Source of the DNA: Bosea thiooxidans
GTDB lineage: Bacteria > Pseudomonadota > Gammaproteobacteria > Burkholderiales > Burkholderiaceae_C
Assembly (NCBI GenBank): GCA_943370825.1
Contig: CALRSR020000006.1
Span: 21,080-85,079 of the forward strand
Direction of reading: 5' to 3'
DNA length: 64,000 nt
The notes below the pieces were generated by a model. The model did not search any database. It was not told where the DNA came from and saw only the letters and a program-made list of their open reading frames with translations. The position numbers and the translations under genes are program-made. Shown in pieces: positions 18,180 to 28,463 of this stretch (its first letter is position 1; each line of letters starts with the position of its first letter).

Positions 18180-19442
18180 GTGACTTTCCGGCCTTTTCTG
18201 CGGCCCCGTGGCCCCCCTTCTGTGCTCATCGTCTGTCCTGTCGAATTCGAGGCCGGCGCGGCCGTGCGCCCCACCAGCGAGCTGGACTGGGTGCAGCCGG
18301 GCCCGGACGCCGCATCCCCCCGCCACGGTCGAGGGCCGGTCTCGTTGTTGCCGCGCGGCGACGACGTGGTGCTGGTGTTGCCCCCGCTGGCGGTGTCGTG
18401 GCATGCGGTGGCGCTGCCGCGCATGCCGGCCAACCGGGTGCGGGCGGCGCTGGACGGCCTGCTGGAAGACCGGCTGCTGGACGAGGTGGACCAGCTCCAC
18501 CTGGCGCTGGAGCCGGGCGGTCGGCCCGGCCAGACGCTGTGGGTGGCCGCCTGCCGGCGCGAACCGCTGGCGGCCTGGCTGGCCTTGCTGCAGGAAGGCG
18601 GACAGCGGGTGGTGCGCATCGCGCCGGCCCTGTGGCCGCAGGCCGAGGGCAGCCCGTCGTTGCACTGGGGCTTTGAATGGCAGGGCGAGGCCTGGGTGTC
18701 GCGCCAGGACGACCAGGGGGTGACCTGCCTGCCGCTGGCCGGCATGGCCGCACTCCCGACCCCGACCGAAGCCGGCGCGCGCTGGATGGCCGACGCCCCG
18801 GTGGCCGGCGCCACCGAGGCCGCGCTGCAGCGCCCGGTGTCGGTCGTCACCTGGCCGCAATGGCTGCAGCGCAGCACCGAAGGCCCCTGGAACCTGGCGC
18901 AGTTCGGCTTCAGCCTGAGCAGCAGCGCACGCCAGGGCCAGAAGATCGGCCAGTGGTGGCAACAGTTCTGGCGCGCCCCGGCCTGGCGCCCGGCCCGCCT
19001 CGGCCTGGCCGGACTGGTGGTGGTGCAGCTGCTGGGCTTGAACCTGGCGGCCCAGCAGGAACGGCGGTCGCAGGCGGCGCAGCGCGCGGCCATCGATCAG
19101 GTACTGCAGCAGAACTTTCCAGCGGTCACGCTGGTGCTCGATGCGCCGGTGCAGATGCAGCGCGAGGTGGAGCGGCTGCAACGCAGCGCCGGCGTGCTGG
19201 GCCGGTCCGACCTCGAATCGCTGCTGGCCGCGCTGGGCGCGGTGCTGCCGGACAACGGCGCCCTGCCCACGCCCGACCAGATCGCCTTCCGCGACGGCCA
19301 GTTGCGGCTGGACGGCTGGCGGGTGGAAGCGGCCCGGCTGCAGGGTCTGCAGGACGGTCTGGCGCAGGCCGGCTGGCGGCTGCAGACCGACAGCGAGGGC
19401 CTGGTGCTGACGGCCCTGCCCACCGGGGAGGCCCGCCCATGA
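18180..19442 (+). CDS. gspL: T2SS protein L
   Basis: ALDGLLEDRLLDEVDQLHLAL, WNLAQF, TM segment, LDAPVQMQR; start uncertain (18180 or 18222). Confidence 0.85.
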   Translation: MTFRPFLRPRGPPSVLIVCPVEFEAGAAVRPTSELDWVQPGPDAASPRHGRGPVSLLPRGDDVVLVLPPLAVSWHAVALPRMPANRVRAALDGLLEDRLLDEVDQLHLALEPGGRPGQTLWVAACRREPLAAWLALLQEGGQRVVRIAPALWPQAEGSPSLHWGFEWQGEAWVSRQDDQGVTCLPLAGMAALPTPTEAGARWMADAPVAGATEAALQRPVSVVTWPQWLQRSTEGPWNLAQFGFSLSSSARQGQKIGQWWQQFWRAPAWRPARLGLAGLVVVQLLGLNLAAQQERRSQAAQRAAIDQVLQQNFPAVTLVLDAPVQMQREVERLQRSAGVLGRSDLESLLAALGAVLPDNGALPTPDQIAFRDGQLRLDGWRVEAARLQGLQDGLAQAGWRLQTDSEGLVLTALPTGEARP

Positions 19443-19960
19443 ACGCCCTGACCTCGTTGCTGGCACCGCTGCGCGAAGAGGCGCGGCAACGGCTGTCGGC
19501 GCTCAGCGCCCGCGAGCGCCGCCTGCTGGCCGTCATGGCCGGGGTGGTGCTGACCGGCCTGCTGCTGGCGGTGGCCGTCTTGCCGGCGTGGCGCACGCTG
19601 GCAGCAGCGCCGGCGCAGCAACAGGCGCTCGACCTCCGCATGGCCCGCATGCAGCAGCTGGCGGCCACGGCCGCCGGCCTCAAGGACAGCGGAGCCGCGC
19701 AGGCACCGGCGCCGTCGGAGGTGCAGCGCTCGCTCGAAGCCGCCACCACGCGGCTCTCGGGCAGTTCGCGGGTGAGCATCACCGCCGGCCAGGCCACCCT
19801 GACGGTGCGCGACGCCGAACCGGCCGCCCTGGCGGCCTGGATCGAGCAGGCGCGCATCAATGCCCGCATCACACCGGTCACGGCCGAGCTGCGGCGCGGC
19901 GACGACGGCCGCTGGAACGGCACCCTGGTCCTGAGCGGCCCCGCCACGGGCGGCAACTGA
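19439..19960 (+). CDS. gspM: T2SS protein M
   Basis: LSARERRLL + TM helix; overlaps the gspL stop. Confidence 0.85.
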   Translation: MNALTSLLAPLREEARQRLSALSARERRLLAVMAGVVLTGLLLAVAVLPAWRTLAAAPAQQQALDLRMARMQQLAATAAGLKDSGAAQAPAPSEVQRSLEAATTRLSGSSRVSITAGQATLTVRDAEPAALAAWIEQARINARITPVTAELRRGDDGRWNGTLVLSGPATGGN

Positions 19961-19972
19961 CACCCCGGCCCC

Positions 19973-20773
19973 ATGCGCAGCGCCCCCGCCATCGCCCGCC
20001 CTGCCCTGTTGTGGGCCGCCGCCGTGCTGGGCCTGCTGCTGGCCCTGGCTTTTTTTGCGCCGGCCCGCTGGCTGACCGACCGCGTGACGCAGGCCACGGC
20101 CGGGCAGGTGCAGCTGGTAAACGCGCGCGGCACGGTCTGGAACGGCTCGGCCGATCTGGTGCTCAGCGCCGGTGCCGACAGCCGGGACCGCGCCGGACTG
20201 CCCGGCGGCCTGCAGTGGCGGCTGCGCCCCGGTCTGGCCGGCGCCTGGCCCGCGCTGCGTCTGGGCCTGAGCCTGCCCTGCTGCGCCAGCACCGCCCTGC
20301 AGCTGGCCACCCACCCTTCGGCCAACGGCTGGCGGGTGGCTGCTGCGGCCTGGGATGTGGCCTGGCCGGCGGCCCTGCTGGCCGGCCTGGGAACGCCCTG
20401 GAACACGCTCCAGCTGGAAGGCCGGCTCCGGCTGCAGACCGACGCCCTGGAGGCCCGCTGGCAGGACGGCGGCTGGGCGCTGGACGGCCAGGCCAGCCTG
20501 CAGGCCACCGACATCGCCTCGCGGCTGGCCACGGTGCGGCCGCTGGGCAGCTACCAGGCCACGCTGGAGGCCACCGACGGTCTGCCACCCCGCATCGGCG
20601 TGCGCACCGAATCGGGCGCCCTGCAGATCCAGGGCCAGGGCAGCTGGCGCGGCGGGCGCCTGCGCTTCGCCGGCGAAGCCCGGGCCGCTCCCGCCCACGA
20701 GGCCGATCTGGCCAACCTGCTCAACCTCATGGGGCGGCGCCGCGGCGACCGCTCCCTGCTCCAGATGGGCTGA
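19973..20773 (+). CDS. gspN: T2SS protein N
   Basis: FAPARWL, ARGTVWNGSA, GLGTPWNTLQ, RPLGSY, LNLMGRR. Confidence 0.88.
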   Translation: MRSAPAIARPALLWAAAVLGLLLALAFFAPARWLTDRVTQATAGQVQLVNARGTVWNGSADLVLSAGADSRDRAGLPGGLQWRLRPGLAGAWPALRLGLSLPCCASTALQLATHPSANGWRVAAAAWDVAWPAALLAGLGTPWNTLQLEGRLRLQTDALEARWQDGGWALDGQASLQATDIASRLATVRPLGSYQATLEATDGLPPRIGVRTESGALQIQGQGSWRGGRLRFAGEARAAPAHEADLANLLNLMGRRRGDRSLLQMG

Positions 20774-20810
20774 TGCCCGTCCACGCCCGACACCCCACAG
20801 GGACACCGAC

Positions 20811-22982
20811 ATGAACGCCTCGCGCCCCGACACCCGCCGCAGCGAACGCCCGGCCCGCACCGGCTCCACCACCCACCGGCTGCGCCGGACCCTGACCGGC
20901 ACGCTGCTGGCCCTGGGCCTGGCCAGCCTGCCACTGCAGGCCCAGCCGGTGCGCAGCAACGAGCCGGTGACGCTGAACTTTGTGGGCGCCGAGATCGAGG
21001 CGGTGGCCCGCACCATGGCCACCATCACCGGCCGCAATGTGGTGGTCGACCCCCGGGTGCAGGGGCAGATCACGCTGGCCACCGACCGGCCAGTCACGCC
21101 GGCGGCCGCCGTCAACCAGTTCGCGGCGGCGCTGCGGCTGCAGGGCTTCTCGCTGGTGGACACCGGCGGGCTCTACAAGGTGGTGCCGGAGGCCGATGCC
21201 AAGCTCATGGGCAGCGTGGTGGTGGCCGGTGCCGGCCCCGGTGCGGCACCGAACACGGTGGTCACCCAGATCTTCCGGCTCAACCACGAGTCGGCCAACA
21301 ACCTGGTGCCGGTGCTGCGGCCCCTGATCGGGCCCAACAACACCATCAACGTCAACCCGGGCAACAACTCGCTGGTCATCACCGACTACGCCGACAACCT
21401 GCAACGCATCGGCCGCATCATTGCCTCGCTCGACGTGGCGGGCGCCACCGACATCGAGATCATTCCGCTGCAGCACGCGCTGGCCGCCGATCTGGTGCCG
21501 CTGGTGCAGCGCCTGATCGAACCCGGCGGCAGCACCGGCGGCGGTGGCGGCAACGGTGCCGCTGCGGCCGGCGACGCCAGCTACCGCACCACCATCGTGG
21601 CCGAGCCGCGCAGCAATGCGCTGGTGCTGCGCGCCGCCAACCCGGCGCGGCTGGCGCTGGTGCGTTCGCTGGTGACGCGGCTGGACCAGCCCACCGCCGG
21701 CGCGCAGGCGGCGGGCAACATCCATGTGGTCTACCTCAAGAACGCCAACGCGGTGGCGCTGGCCGCCACGCTGCGGGCCGCCATCTCCGGCAGCGCCGGT
21801 TCGGCGCCCGCCTCGGGCAGCGTGCTGCGCACCGCGGGGGCGACCTCCAGCGGGCTGGCCGGCGGCCTTTCCACCGGCGCCGGTGCGGCGGGCAGCTTCG
21901 GCGGCAACGCCGGTTCGGCGGCCGCCAGCGCGCCGCTGGCGGCCAACGAGGGGCCGAGCACCGGCGGCCAGATCCAGGCCGACCCGGCCACCAACTCGCT
22001 GATCATCACGGCGCCCGAGCCGCAGTACCGACAGCTGCGCGCCGTCATCGACCAGCTCGATTCGCGCCGGGCGCAGGTGTATGTGGAGAGCCTGATCGCC
22101 GAGGTGAACGCCGACAAGGCGGCCGAATTCGGCATCCAGTGGCAAGGCGCTTCGGGCCGCGACGGCGACCGCACCATCGGCCTGCTGGGCACCAACTTCG
22201 GCAGCGGTGGCCGCAGCATCGTCGACCTCTCCAAGCAGGACGACTTTTCCCCCGCGCCCGGCCTGAACCTGGGCATTGCGCGGCGCAACAACGGCGTGTA
22301 TGTGCTGGGCTTCCTGGCCCGCTTCCTGCAGCAGAACGGCGACGGCAACATCCTGTCCACGCCCAACCTGCTGACGCTGGACAACGAGGAGGCGCGCATC
22401 GTGATCGGCCAGAACGTGCCTTTCGTGACCGGCCAGTTCACCAACACCGGCGCGGCCAACGGCGCGGTCAACCCGTTCCAGACCATCGAGCGCAAGGACG
22501 TCGGCCTGACCCTGCGGGTGCGGCCGCAGATCAGCGAGAACGGCACCATCAAGATGACCATCTACCAGGAGGTCAGCAATGTGCAGCCGCAGTCGGTGAA
22601 CTCGCCCACCGGCCTGATCACCAACGTGCGCAGCATCGAGTCCACCGTGCTGGTGGACGACGGCGCCATCGTGGTGCTGGGCGGCCTGCTGCAGGACGAA
22701 TACGCCGGCAACCAGGACAAGGTGCCCGGCCTGGGCGATGTGCCGGTGCTGGGCAACCTGTTCCGCAGCGAGAGCCGCAGCCGCCGCAAGACCAACCTGA
22801 TGGTGTTCCTGCGCCCGGTGGTCATGCGCGACAGCCGCGAGACCACCAACCTGGCGCTGGACCGCTACGACCTGATGCGGGCCGCCCAGCGCGAGGTGCA
22901 GCCGGCCAACAGCAGCGTGCTGCCGATCAACGAATCGCCGGTGCTGCCGCCCCCCAACGAAGCGCCCAAGGTCCGGCCGTGA
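20811..22982 (+). CDS. gspD: T2SS secretin
   Basis: LNFVGAEIEAV, IDQLDSRRAQVYVE, STPNLLTLDNEEA, ERKDVGLTLRVRPQI, KVPGLGDVPVLGNLFRS. Confidence 0.96.
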   Translation: MNASRPDTRRSERPARTGSTTHRLRRTLTGTLLALGLASLPLQAQPVRSNEPVTLNFVGAEIEAVARTMATITGRNVVVDPRVQGQITLATDRPVTPAAAVNQFAAALRLQGFSLVDTGGLYKVVPEADAKLMGSVVVAGAGPGAAPNTVVTQIFRLNHESANNLVPVLRPLIGPNNTINVNPGNNSLVITDYADNLQRIGRIIASLDVAGATDIEIIPLQHALAADLVPLVQRLIEPGGSTGGGGGNGAAAAGDASYRTTIVAEPRSNALVLRAANPARLALVRSLVTRLDQPTAGAQAAGNIHVVYLKNANAVALAATLRAAISGSAGSAPASGSVLRTAGATSSGLAGGLSTGAGAAGSFGGNAGSAAASAPLAANEGPSTGGQIQADPATNSLIITAPEPQYRQLRAVIDQLDSRRAQVYVESLIAEVNADKAAEFGIQWQGASGRDGDRTIGLLGTNFGSGGRSIVDLSKQDDFSPAPGLNLGIARRNNGVYVLGFLARFLQQNGDGNILSTPNLLTLDNEEARIVIGQNVPFVTGQFTNTGAANGAVNPFQTIERKDVGLTLRVRPQISENGTIKMTIYQEVSNVQPQSVNSPTGLITNVRSIESTVLVDDGAIVVLGGLLQDEYAGNQDKVPGLGDVPVLGNLFRSESRSRRKTNLMVFLRPVVMRDSRETTNLALDRYDLMRAAQREVQPANSSVLPINESPVLPPPNEAPKVRP

Positions 22983-24412
22983 AGTACCCGCTGCCCTACG
23001 CGTTTTCCCGCGAGCATCTCTGGCTGCTGGAGCAGGACCGCGACGGTGCGCCAGCCGTGTTGCTGGGCGCTGCGCTGGACAGCCCCGACCCGCTGCGGCA
23101 GCGGCAGCGCGCCTCTGCCCTGTCGGAGCTGTTGCGCTGGCAGGGCGGGCAGCCGCCGCGCGAGGTGCGCTGGCTGCCCGCCGACGAGCTGGCCCAGCGC
23201 ATCAGCGCGGCCTATGCCGGCAACGAATCGAGTGCGGCGGCGGTGGTGAGCGAGGTGCAGGGCGTGGCCGACCTCAGCCGCATGATGCAGGAGCTGCCCG
23301 CCATCGAAGACCTGCTGGAGGCCGCTGACGACGCGCCCATCATCCGCATGCTCAATGCGCTGCTGACCCAGGCGGTGCGCGACGGCGCCAGCGACATCCA
23401 CATCGAGCCCTACGAACGGCACTCCAGCGTGCGCTTCCGGGTCGACGGCACGCTGCGGGAAGTGGTGCAGCCCAACCGCGCGCTGCACGCGGCCCTGATC
23501 TCGCGGCTGAAGATCATGGCCGAGCTCGACATCTCGGAAAAACGGCTGCCGCAGGACGGCCGCATCAGCCTGCGCATCGGGACCCGGGCGGTGGACGTGC
23601 GGGTCTCCACCCTGCCTGGCGCCCACGGCGAACGCGCCGTGCTGCGCCTGCTGGACAAGAGCGAGGGCCAGCTGGAGCTGGAGTCGGTGGGCATGCAGGG
23701 CGAGGTGCTGCGCCGCTTCGACCAGCTGGTGCGCCAGCCGCACGGCATCATCCTGGTGACCGGCCCCACCGGCTCCGGCAAGACCACCACGCTGTATGCC
23801 GCGCTGCAGCGGCTGGACGCCGGCAGCAGCAACATCATGACGGTCGAGGACCCGATCGAATACGAGCTGCCCGGCATCGGCCAGACGCAGGTCAACGCCA
23901 AGATCGACCTGACCTTCGCCAAGGCCCTGCGCGCCATCCTGCGGCAGGACCCGGACGTGATCATGATCGGCGAGATCCGCGACTTCGAGACCGCGCAGAT
24001 CGCCATCCAGGCCTCGCTCACCGGCCACCTGGTGCTGGCCACCCTGCACACCAACGACGCGGCCAGCGCCATCACCCGGCTGGCCGACATGGGCGTGGAG
24101 CCCTTCCTGCTGAGCTCATCGCTGCTCGGTGTGCTGGCCCAGCGGCTGGTCCGCAAGACCTGCACCGCCTGCCTGGGTGCCGGATGCGAGGCCTGCGGAC
24201 AGACCGGTTATGCCGGCCGCACCGGCGTGTTTGAACTGCTGGTGGCCGACGAGGCGCTGCGCGCGCTCATCCACCGCCAGGCCAGCGAGGCCGAGCTGCG
24301 CGAATGCGCACTGGCCGGCGGCATGGTGCTGATGCGCGACGACGGTCAGCGCCTGGTGCAGGCCGGCGTCACTACCAGCGAAGAGCTGCTGCGCGTCACC
24401 CGCGACGTCTGA
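22979..24412 (+). CDS. gspE: T2SS ATPase
   Basis: ASDIHIEP, GPTGSGKTTTLY, LRQDPDVIMIGEIRD, Cys4 motif; GTG start overlaps the gspD stop. Confidence 0.96.
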   Translation: MKYPLPYAFSREHLWLLEQDRDGAPAVLLGAALDSPDPLRQRQRASALSELLRWQGGQPPREVRWLPADELAQRISAAYAGNESSAAAVVSEVQGVADLSRMMQELPAIEDLLEAADDAPIIRMLNALLTQAVRDGASDIHIEPYERHSSVRFRVDGTLREVVQPNRALHAALISRLKIMAELDISEKRLPQDGRISLRIGTRAVDVRVSTLPGAHGERAVLRLLDKSEGQLELESVGMQGEVLRRFDQLVRQPHGIILVTGPTGSGKTTTLYAALQRLDAGSSNIMTVEDPIEYELPGIGQTQVNAKIDLTFAKALRAILRQDPDVIMIGEIRDFETAQIAIQASLTGHLVLATLHTNDAASAITRLADMGVEPFLLSSSLLGVLAQRLVRKTCTACLGAGCEACGQTGYAGRTGVFELLVADEALRALIHRQASEAELRECALAGGMVLMRDDGQRLVQAGVTTSEELLRVTRDV

Positions 24413-24438
24413 TCCGGCCGCGCGCCTGAACGCGGTTC

Positions 24439-24474
24439 AAAAACCCCCGTCAGCTGAAGCTGCGGGGGTTTTTT
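24439..24474. terminator. Intrinsic terminator directly after gspE
   Basis: AAAAA-CCCCCG-T-CAGC-tgaa-GCTG-CGGGGG-TTTTTT. Confidence 0.85.
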
Positions 24475-24855
24475 ATTGACCTTAAGGCCGGCTTTATTTC
24501 TCATCTTGTTACTTCGATTACGTTTGTTAACGTCCGCACCAACTTTGTGACACTCCACTGTCAGTCGGAGGTTTTAGCCCCGAAGGACTACTTTTGTGTA
24601 AACAAAGGTATTCATTTTTTCAGGTGACTGATTGGTCACCCCGGTTTATAACACCGGTTCGGTCTACACAGACTGTTGATTGACCCCTTGAAGCCCTCAC
24701 CGAAAAATCACGCGGACGGATACCGGTTGTAAGCAAATCTGGCGAAGTGCTTCAAAGCCTGCCAGATGTTGACGTTTGTCAACGGCGTCCTCCCCGGCAC
24801 GGCGACGGCATTTCCCGTCGCATGCCGGCCCCCACACCGCGACGGGAGCTTCGAC

Positions 24856-26580
24856 ATGAACAAGAGCCACACACCAGGGCCGGATCAGGCCAGCCGCAGC
24901 GCCACCGGCATGAGCCGGCGCGATTCCCTCAAGCTGGGCGCCGCCAGCGCCGTGGCCGCCGGCCTGGGTCTGGCCCCGAGCCAGCAGGCCCAGGCGGAAG
25001 ACGTGCCGCCCGGACCGCCCACCGCCCCCTGGACCATGCCGCTGACCGTGATGCGGCCCAAGAAGCCAGTGGCCGAACTGCTGCCCCCACCGACCCGTGA
25101 AGCCGGGCCGAAAGAGGCCGGGCGGGCACCGCACCAGATCTGGGGCGAACCGCCCCACGCCCTGTACCGGATCGTGGTGAAGGAAGGCCAGCACTCGTTC
25201 CACCCAAACCTGCCGACCCAGACCATCCGCGGTTACGACGGCACCTTCCCCGGCCCCTGCATCGTTTCGCGTTACGACGAAGCCGCCCTGGTGCGCTTCG
25301 TGAACCAGATCGACCCGTATGCGGTGGGTTTCGGATCGCCCGAAATCTCGGTGCACCTGCACAACCTGCACTGCGCCTCCGAGAGCGACGGTTTTGCCGG
25401 CGACTACTGGGGCACGCTGCGCCACGGTCCCGGCCTGACCCGCCCGGGCAACTACAAGGACCACCTGTTCATGAACTACTACGCCGGGTTCTCCACCGAC
25501 CCGGCCGGCGTGGGCGATCAGCGCGAGGCCCTGGGCACGCTGTGGTTCCACGACCACCGCATGGACTACACCGAGCAGAACGTGTACCGGGGCATGATCG
25601 GTTCGTACCTGCTGTTCGACGAGATCGACTCCGGCAACGAGAACGACCCGAACCCGAAGGCCCTGCGCCTGCCCAGCGGCGTGGGCACCTACGACCAGGT
25701 GCTGATGATCTCGGACGTGCAGTTCGACCTCAGCGGCAACATGGTGTTCAACCCGATGTCGGAGAACAAGGGGCACCTGGGCAACAAGATCACGGTCAAC
25801 GGCCGCGTCCAGCCCTACTTCCGGGTGCAGCGGCGCAAGTACCGCTTCCGCATCATCGACGCCAGCGTGGCCCGCTTCTACGAGTTCTACCTCATGAACG
25901 GCACGAACTCGGAAGACTTCCAGTTCATCGCCAACGACGGCAACCTGCTCGAAGCGCCGCTGACCATGAACCGGATTCGCCTGGCCCCCGGCGAACGCAA
26001 CGACATCGTCATCGACTTCAGCAAGTACCCGCTGAGTACCAAGCTGTTCCTGGTGAACCGCCTGGCCATGAAGGATGGTCGCGGGCCCGAGGGCCTGGTG
26101 GCGAAGGGCACCCAGGTGCTGCGATTCGACGTGGCGGCCAACCCGGCCACGCCGGACAACAGCCGGGTGCCGGCCCGCCTGCGCGAGCAGCCGCCGATCG
26201 ACCTGAGCCAGGTCACCCGCCGCCGCTTCTGGGACTTCGACAAGAAGAACTCCATGTGGGCGGTCAACAGCGAACTCTTCGATGTCGAAAAGCCGGCCGC
26301 CCGCATTCCCAAGGGCAGTACCGAGATCTGGACATTGCAGGGACACGGCAGCTGGTTCCACCCGGTCCACATCCACATGGAGGAGTTCCGCATCCTCTCG
26401 CGCAACGGGAAACCGCCACCACCGCACGAACAAGGCCGCAAGGACGTGGTGGTGCTGGCCCCGGACGAGCGTGTGGAGGTGCTGATCAAGTTCCGGGACT
26501 TCACCGGCAAGTACGTCATGCACTGCCATAACCTCTCGCACGAGGACCACGCCATGATGATCCGGTTCGACGTGGTCTGA
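24856..26580 (+). CDS. Tat-exported three-domain multicopper oxidase
   Basis: Twin-Arg signal SRRDSLK; Cu motifs HLH, WFHDH, HPVHIH, HCHNLSHEDHAM. Confidence 0.95.
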   Translation: MNKSHTPGPDQASRSATGMSRRDSLKLGAASAVAAGLGLAPSQQAQAEDVPPGPPTAPWTMPLTVMRPKKPVAELLPPPTREAGPKEAGRAPHQIWGEPPHALYRIVVKEGQHSFHPNLPTQTIRGYDGTFPGPCIVSRYDEAALVRFVNQIDPYAVGFGSPEISVHLHNLHCASESDGFAGDYWGTLRHGPGLTRPGNYKDHLFMNYYAGFSTDPAGVGDQREALGTLWFHDHRMDYTEQNVYRGMIGSYLLFDEIDSGNENDPNPKALRLPSGVGTYDQVLMISDVQFDLSGNMVFNPMSENKGHLGNKITVNGRVQPYFRVQRRKYRFRIIDASVARFYEFYLMNGTNSEDFQFIANDGNLLEAPLTMNRIRLAPGERNDIVIDFSKYPLSTKLFLVNRLAMKDGRGPEGLVAKGTQVLRFDVAANPATPDNSRVPARLREQPPIDLSQVTRRRFWDFDKKNSMWAVNSELFDVEKPAARIPKGSTEIWTLQGHGSWFHPVHIHMEEFRILSRNGKPPPPHEQGRKDVVVLAPDERVEVLIKFRDFTGKYVMHCHNLSHEDHAMMIRFDVV

Positions 26581-26601
26581 CACCGCCCCAGGAGCACACA
26601 C

Positions 26602-27189
26602 ATGAACAGCAAACGCAACCTCCTGCGCCTGGCCGGCACCGCCCTGCTCGCCCCTATGGCCGCCCAGGCCGCCGCCCCTTCGCTGCGACGGCGCAGCAGC
26701 ATGGCCAGCTACTTCCCCAACGTGACGCTGGAAACGCACGACGGGCGCAAGGTGAAGCTCTACGACGACCTCATCCGCGACAAGCTGGTGGCCTTCAACA
26801 TGATGTATTCGATCTGCGAAGGCATCTGCCCGAAGAACACCGCCAACCTGCGCCAGGTGCACGAAGAACTCGGCCCGCGCGTGGGCCGGGACATCTTCCT
26901 CTACTCCATCACCCTGCGCCCGGAGTTCGACAACGCCGCTGCCCTGCGCGACTACATCCGCCACTACAACATCCAGCCCGGCTGGACCTTCCTGACCGGC
27001 CGCCGGCAGGACGTGGAGCGGGTGCGCGTGGCGCTGGGCTTCGTGGGTGACGACGCCAAGACCGACGCCGACATCACCCAGCACACCGGCATGCTGCGCA
27101 TCGGCAACGACCGGCTGGACCGCTGGACCATGACGCCGGCCCTGGGCTCGCACCGCCAGATCAAGCGCACCATCCTCGAGCTGACCTGA
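26602..27189 (+). CDS. SCO1/SenC family copper chaperone
   Basis: CEGIC (CxxxC), SITLRPEFD, GWTFLTG, conserved His in QHTG; KRNLL Tat-like signal. Confidence 0.9.
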   Translation: MNSKRNLLRLAGTALLAPMAAQAAAPSLRRRSSMASYFPNVTLETHDGRKVKLYDDLIRDKLVAFNMMYSICEGICPKNTANLRQVHEELGPRVGRDIFLYSITLRPEFDNAAALRDYIRHYNIQPGWTFLTGRRQDVERVRVALGFVGDDAKTDADITQHTGMLRIGNDRLDRWTMTPALGSHRQIKRTILELT

Positions 27190-27236
27190 TGGCCCGGCGG
27201 GCGCGTGGCGTCACACAGCCGCGCTAACATGCCCGG

Positions 27237-28457
27237 ATGCCCGCCTACTCCTTCGAAGCCCTGGACGAGCAGGGCCAGACCCGCAGCGGCCTGATCGACG
27301 CCGACACCGCACGCGCCGCCCGCGCGTTGCTGCGCTCGCGCTCGCTGGTGCCGCTGTCGGTCGAGCCGGCCAAGGCCGGCGCCGACGACGGCCAGACCCG
27401 CCGCACCGCCGGTGGCCGGCGGGTGTTCAATGCCACCGGCCTGGCCGTCTGGACCCGCCAGCTGGCCGGTCTGGTGGGCGCTGGCCTGCCGCTGGAACGT
27501 GCCCTGGCCGCCCTCGGCGACGAGGCCGAGGACCCGCGCCAGCAGCGCCTGGTGGCGGTGCTGCGCGCCGAGGTGAACGGCGGTGCATCGTTCGCCCGCA
27601 GCCTGTCCGACCATCCGCAGGAATTCTCCGCATCCTTCTGCGCCGTCATCGCCGCCGGTGAACAGAGCGGCCAGCTCGCCGCCGTGCTGGACCGTCTGGC
27701 CGATGACCTGGAAGCCCGCGAAGCGCTGCGCAACAAATTGATCGCGGCCTCCCTCTACCCGGCCATCGTCACCCTGGTGGCGGTGGTCATCGTGGTGTTC
27801 CTGGTGGCCTATGTGGTGCCACAGGTGGCCAGCGTGTTCGAGGGCAGCCAGCGCGCCCTGCCGCTGCTGACCGTGGTCATGCTGGGCATCAGCGGCTTCG
27901 TGCGCAGCTGGGGCTGGCTGCTGCTGGGCCTGCTGCTGGCTGGCGGCATCGGCCTGAAGCTGGCCCGCCGTCAGCCGGCGCTGCGGCTGCGCATGGACCA
28001 GGCCTGGCTGCGCCTGCCGCTGGCCGGGCGCATCGCCCGGGGCTACAACGCGGCCCGGTTTGCGGCCACGCTGGCCATGCTGGCCGGCGCGGGCGTGCCC
28101 ATCCTGCGGGCGCTGCAGACCGCCGCCGAGACCCTGCACAACCAGGCGCTGCGGGCCGATGCCCTGGCCGCACTGGTGCTGGTGCGAGAAGGGGCGCCAC
28201 TGGCCTCGGCCCTGGCCAGCCAGAACCGCTTTCCGCCGCTGCTGGTGCTGTTTGCCCGACTGGGCGAGCAGACCGGCGAGCTGCCGGCCATGCTGCAGCG
28301 CGCGGCCGACCAGCTGGGCGCCGAGGTGCAGCGGCGCTCGCTCAACCTGGCCACCCTGCTGGAGCCGCTGCTCATCGTGGGCATGGGGCTGATCGTGATG
28401 CTCATCGTGCTGGCGGTGCTCATGCCCATCATCCAGCTCAACCAACTTGTGACCTGA
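27237..28457 (+). CDS. gspF: T2SS inner membrane platform protein
   Basis: MPAYSFEALD, TRQLAGLVGAGLPLERAL, AGEQSGQL, SLYPAIV, GEQTGEL, LLEPLLIV. Confidence 0.96.
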   Translation: MPAYSFEALDEQGQTRSGLIDADTARAARALLRSRSLVPLSVEPAKAGADDGQTRRTAGGRRVFNATGLAVWTRQLAGLVGAGLPLERALAALGDEAEDPRQQRLVAVLRAEVNGGASFARSLSDHPQEFSASFCAVIAAGEQSGQLAAVLDRLADDLEAREALRNKLIAASLYPAIVTLVAVVIVVFLVAYVVPQVASVFEGSQRALPLLTVVMLGISGFVRSWGWLLLGLLLAGGIGLKLARRQPALRLRMDQAWLRLPLAGRIARGYNAARFAATLAMLAGAGVPILRALQTAAETLHNQALRADALAALVLVREGAPLASALASQNRFPPLLVLFARLGEQTGELPAMLQRAADQLGAEVQRRSLNLATLLEPLLIVGMGLIVMLIVLAVLMPIIQLNQLVT

Positions 28458-28463
28458 ATCCCC

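Noticed and set aside
24540-24660. c-di-GMP-I riboswitch-like string (AAAACCTCCGACT on the minus strand)
   Set aside because: Wrong strand for the MCO, and lacks the GGCAAA P1 element and GNRA/receptor pairing
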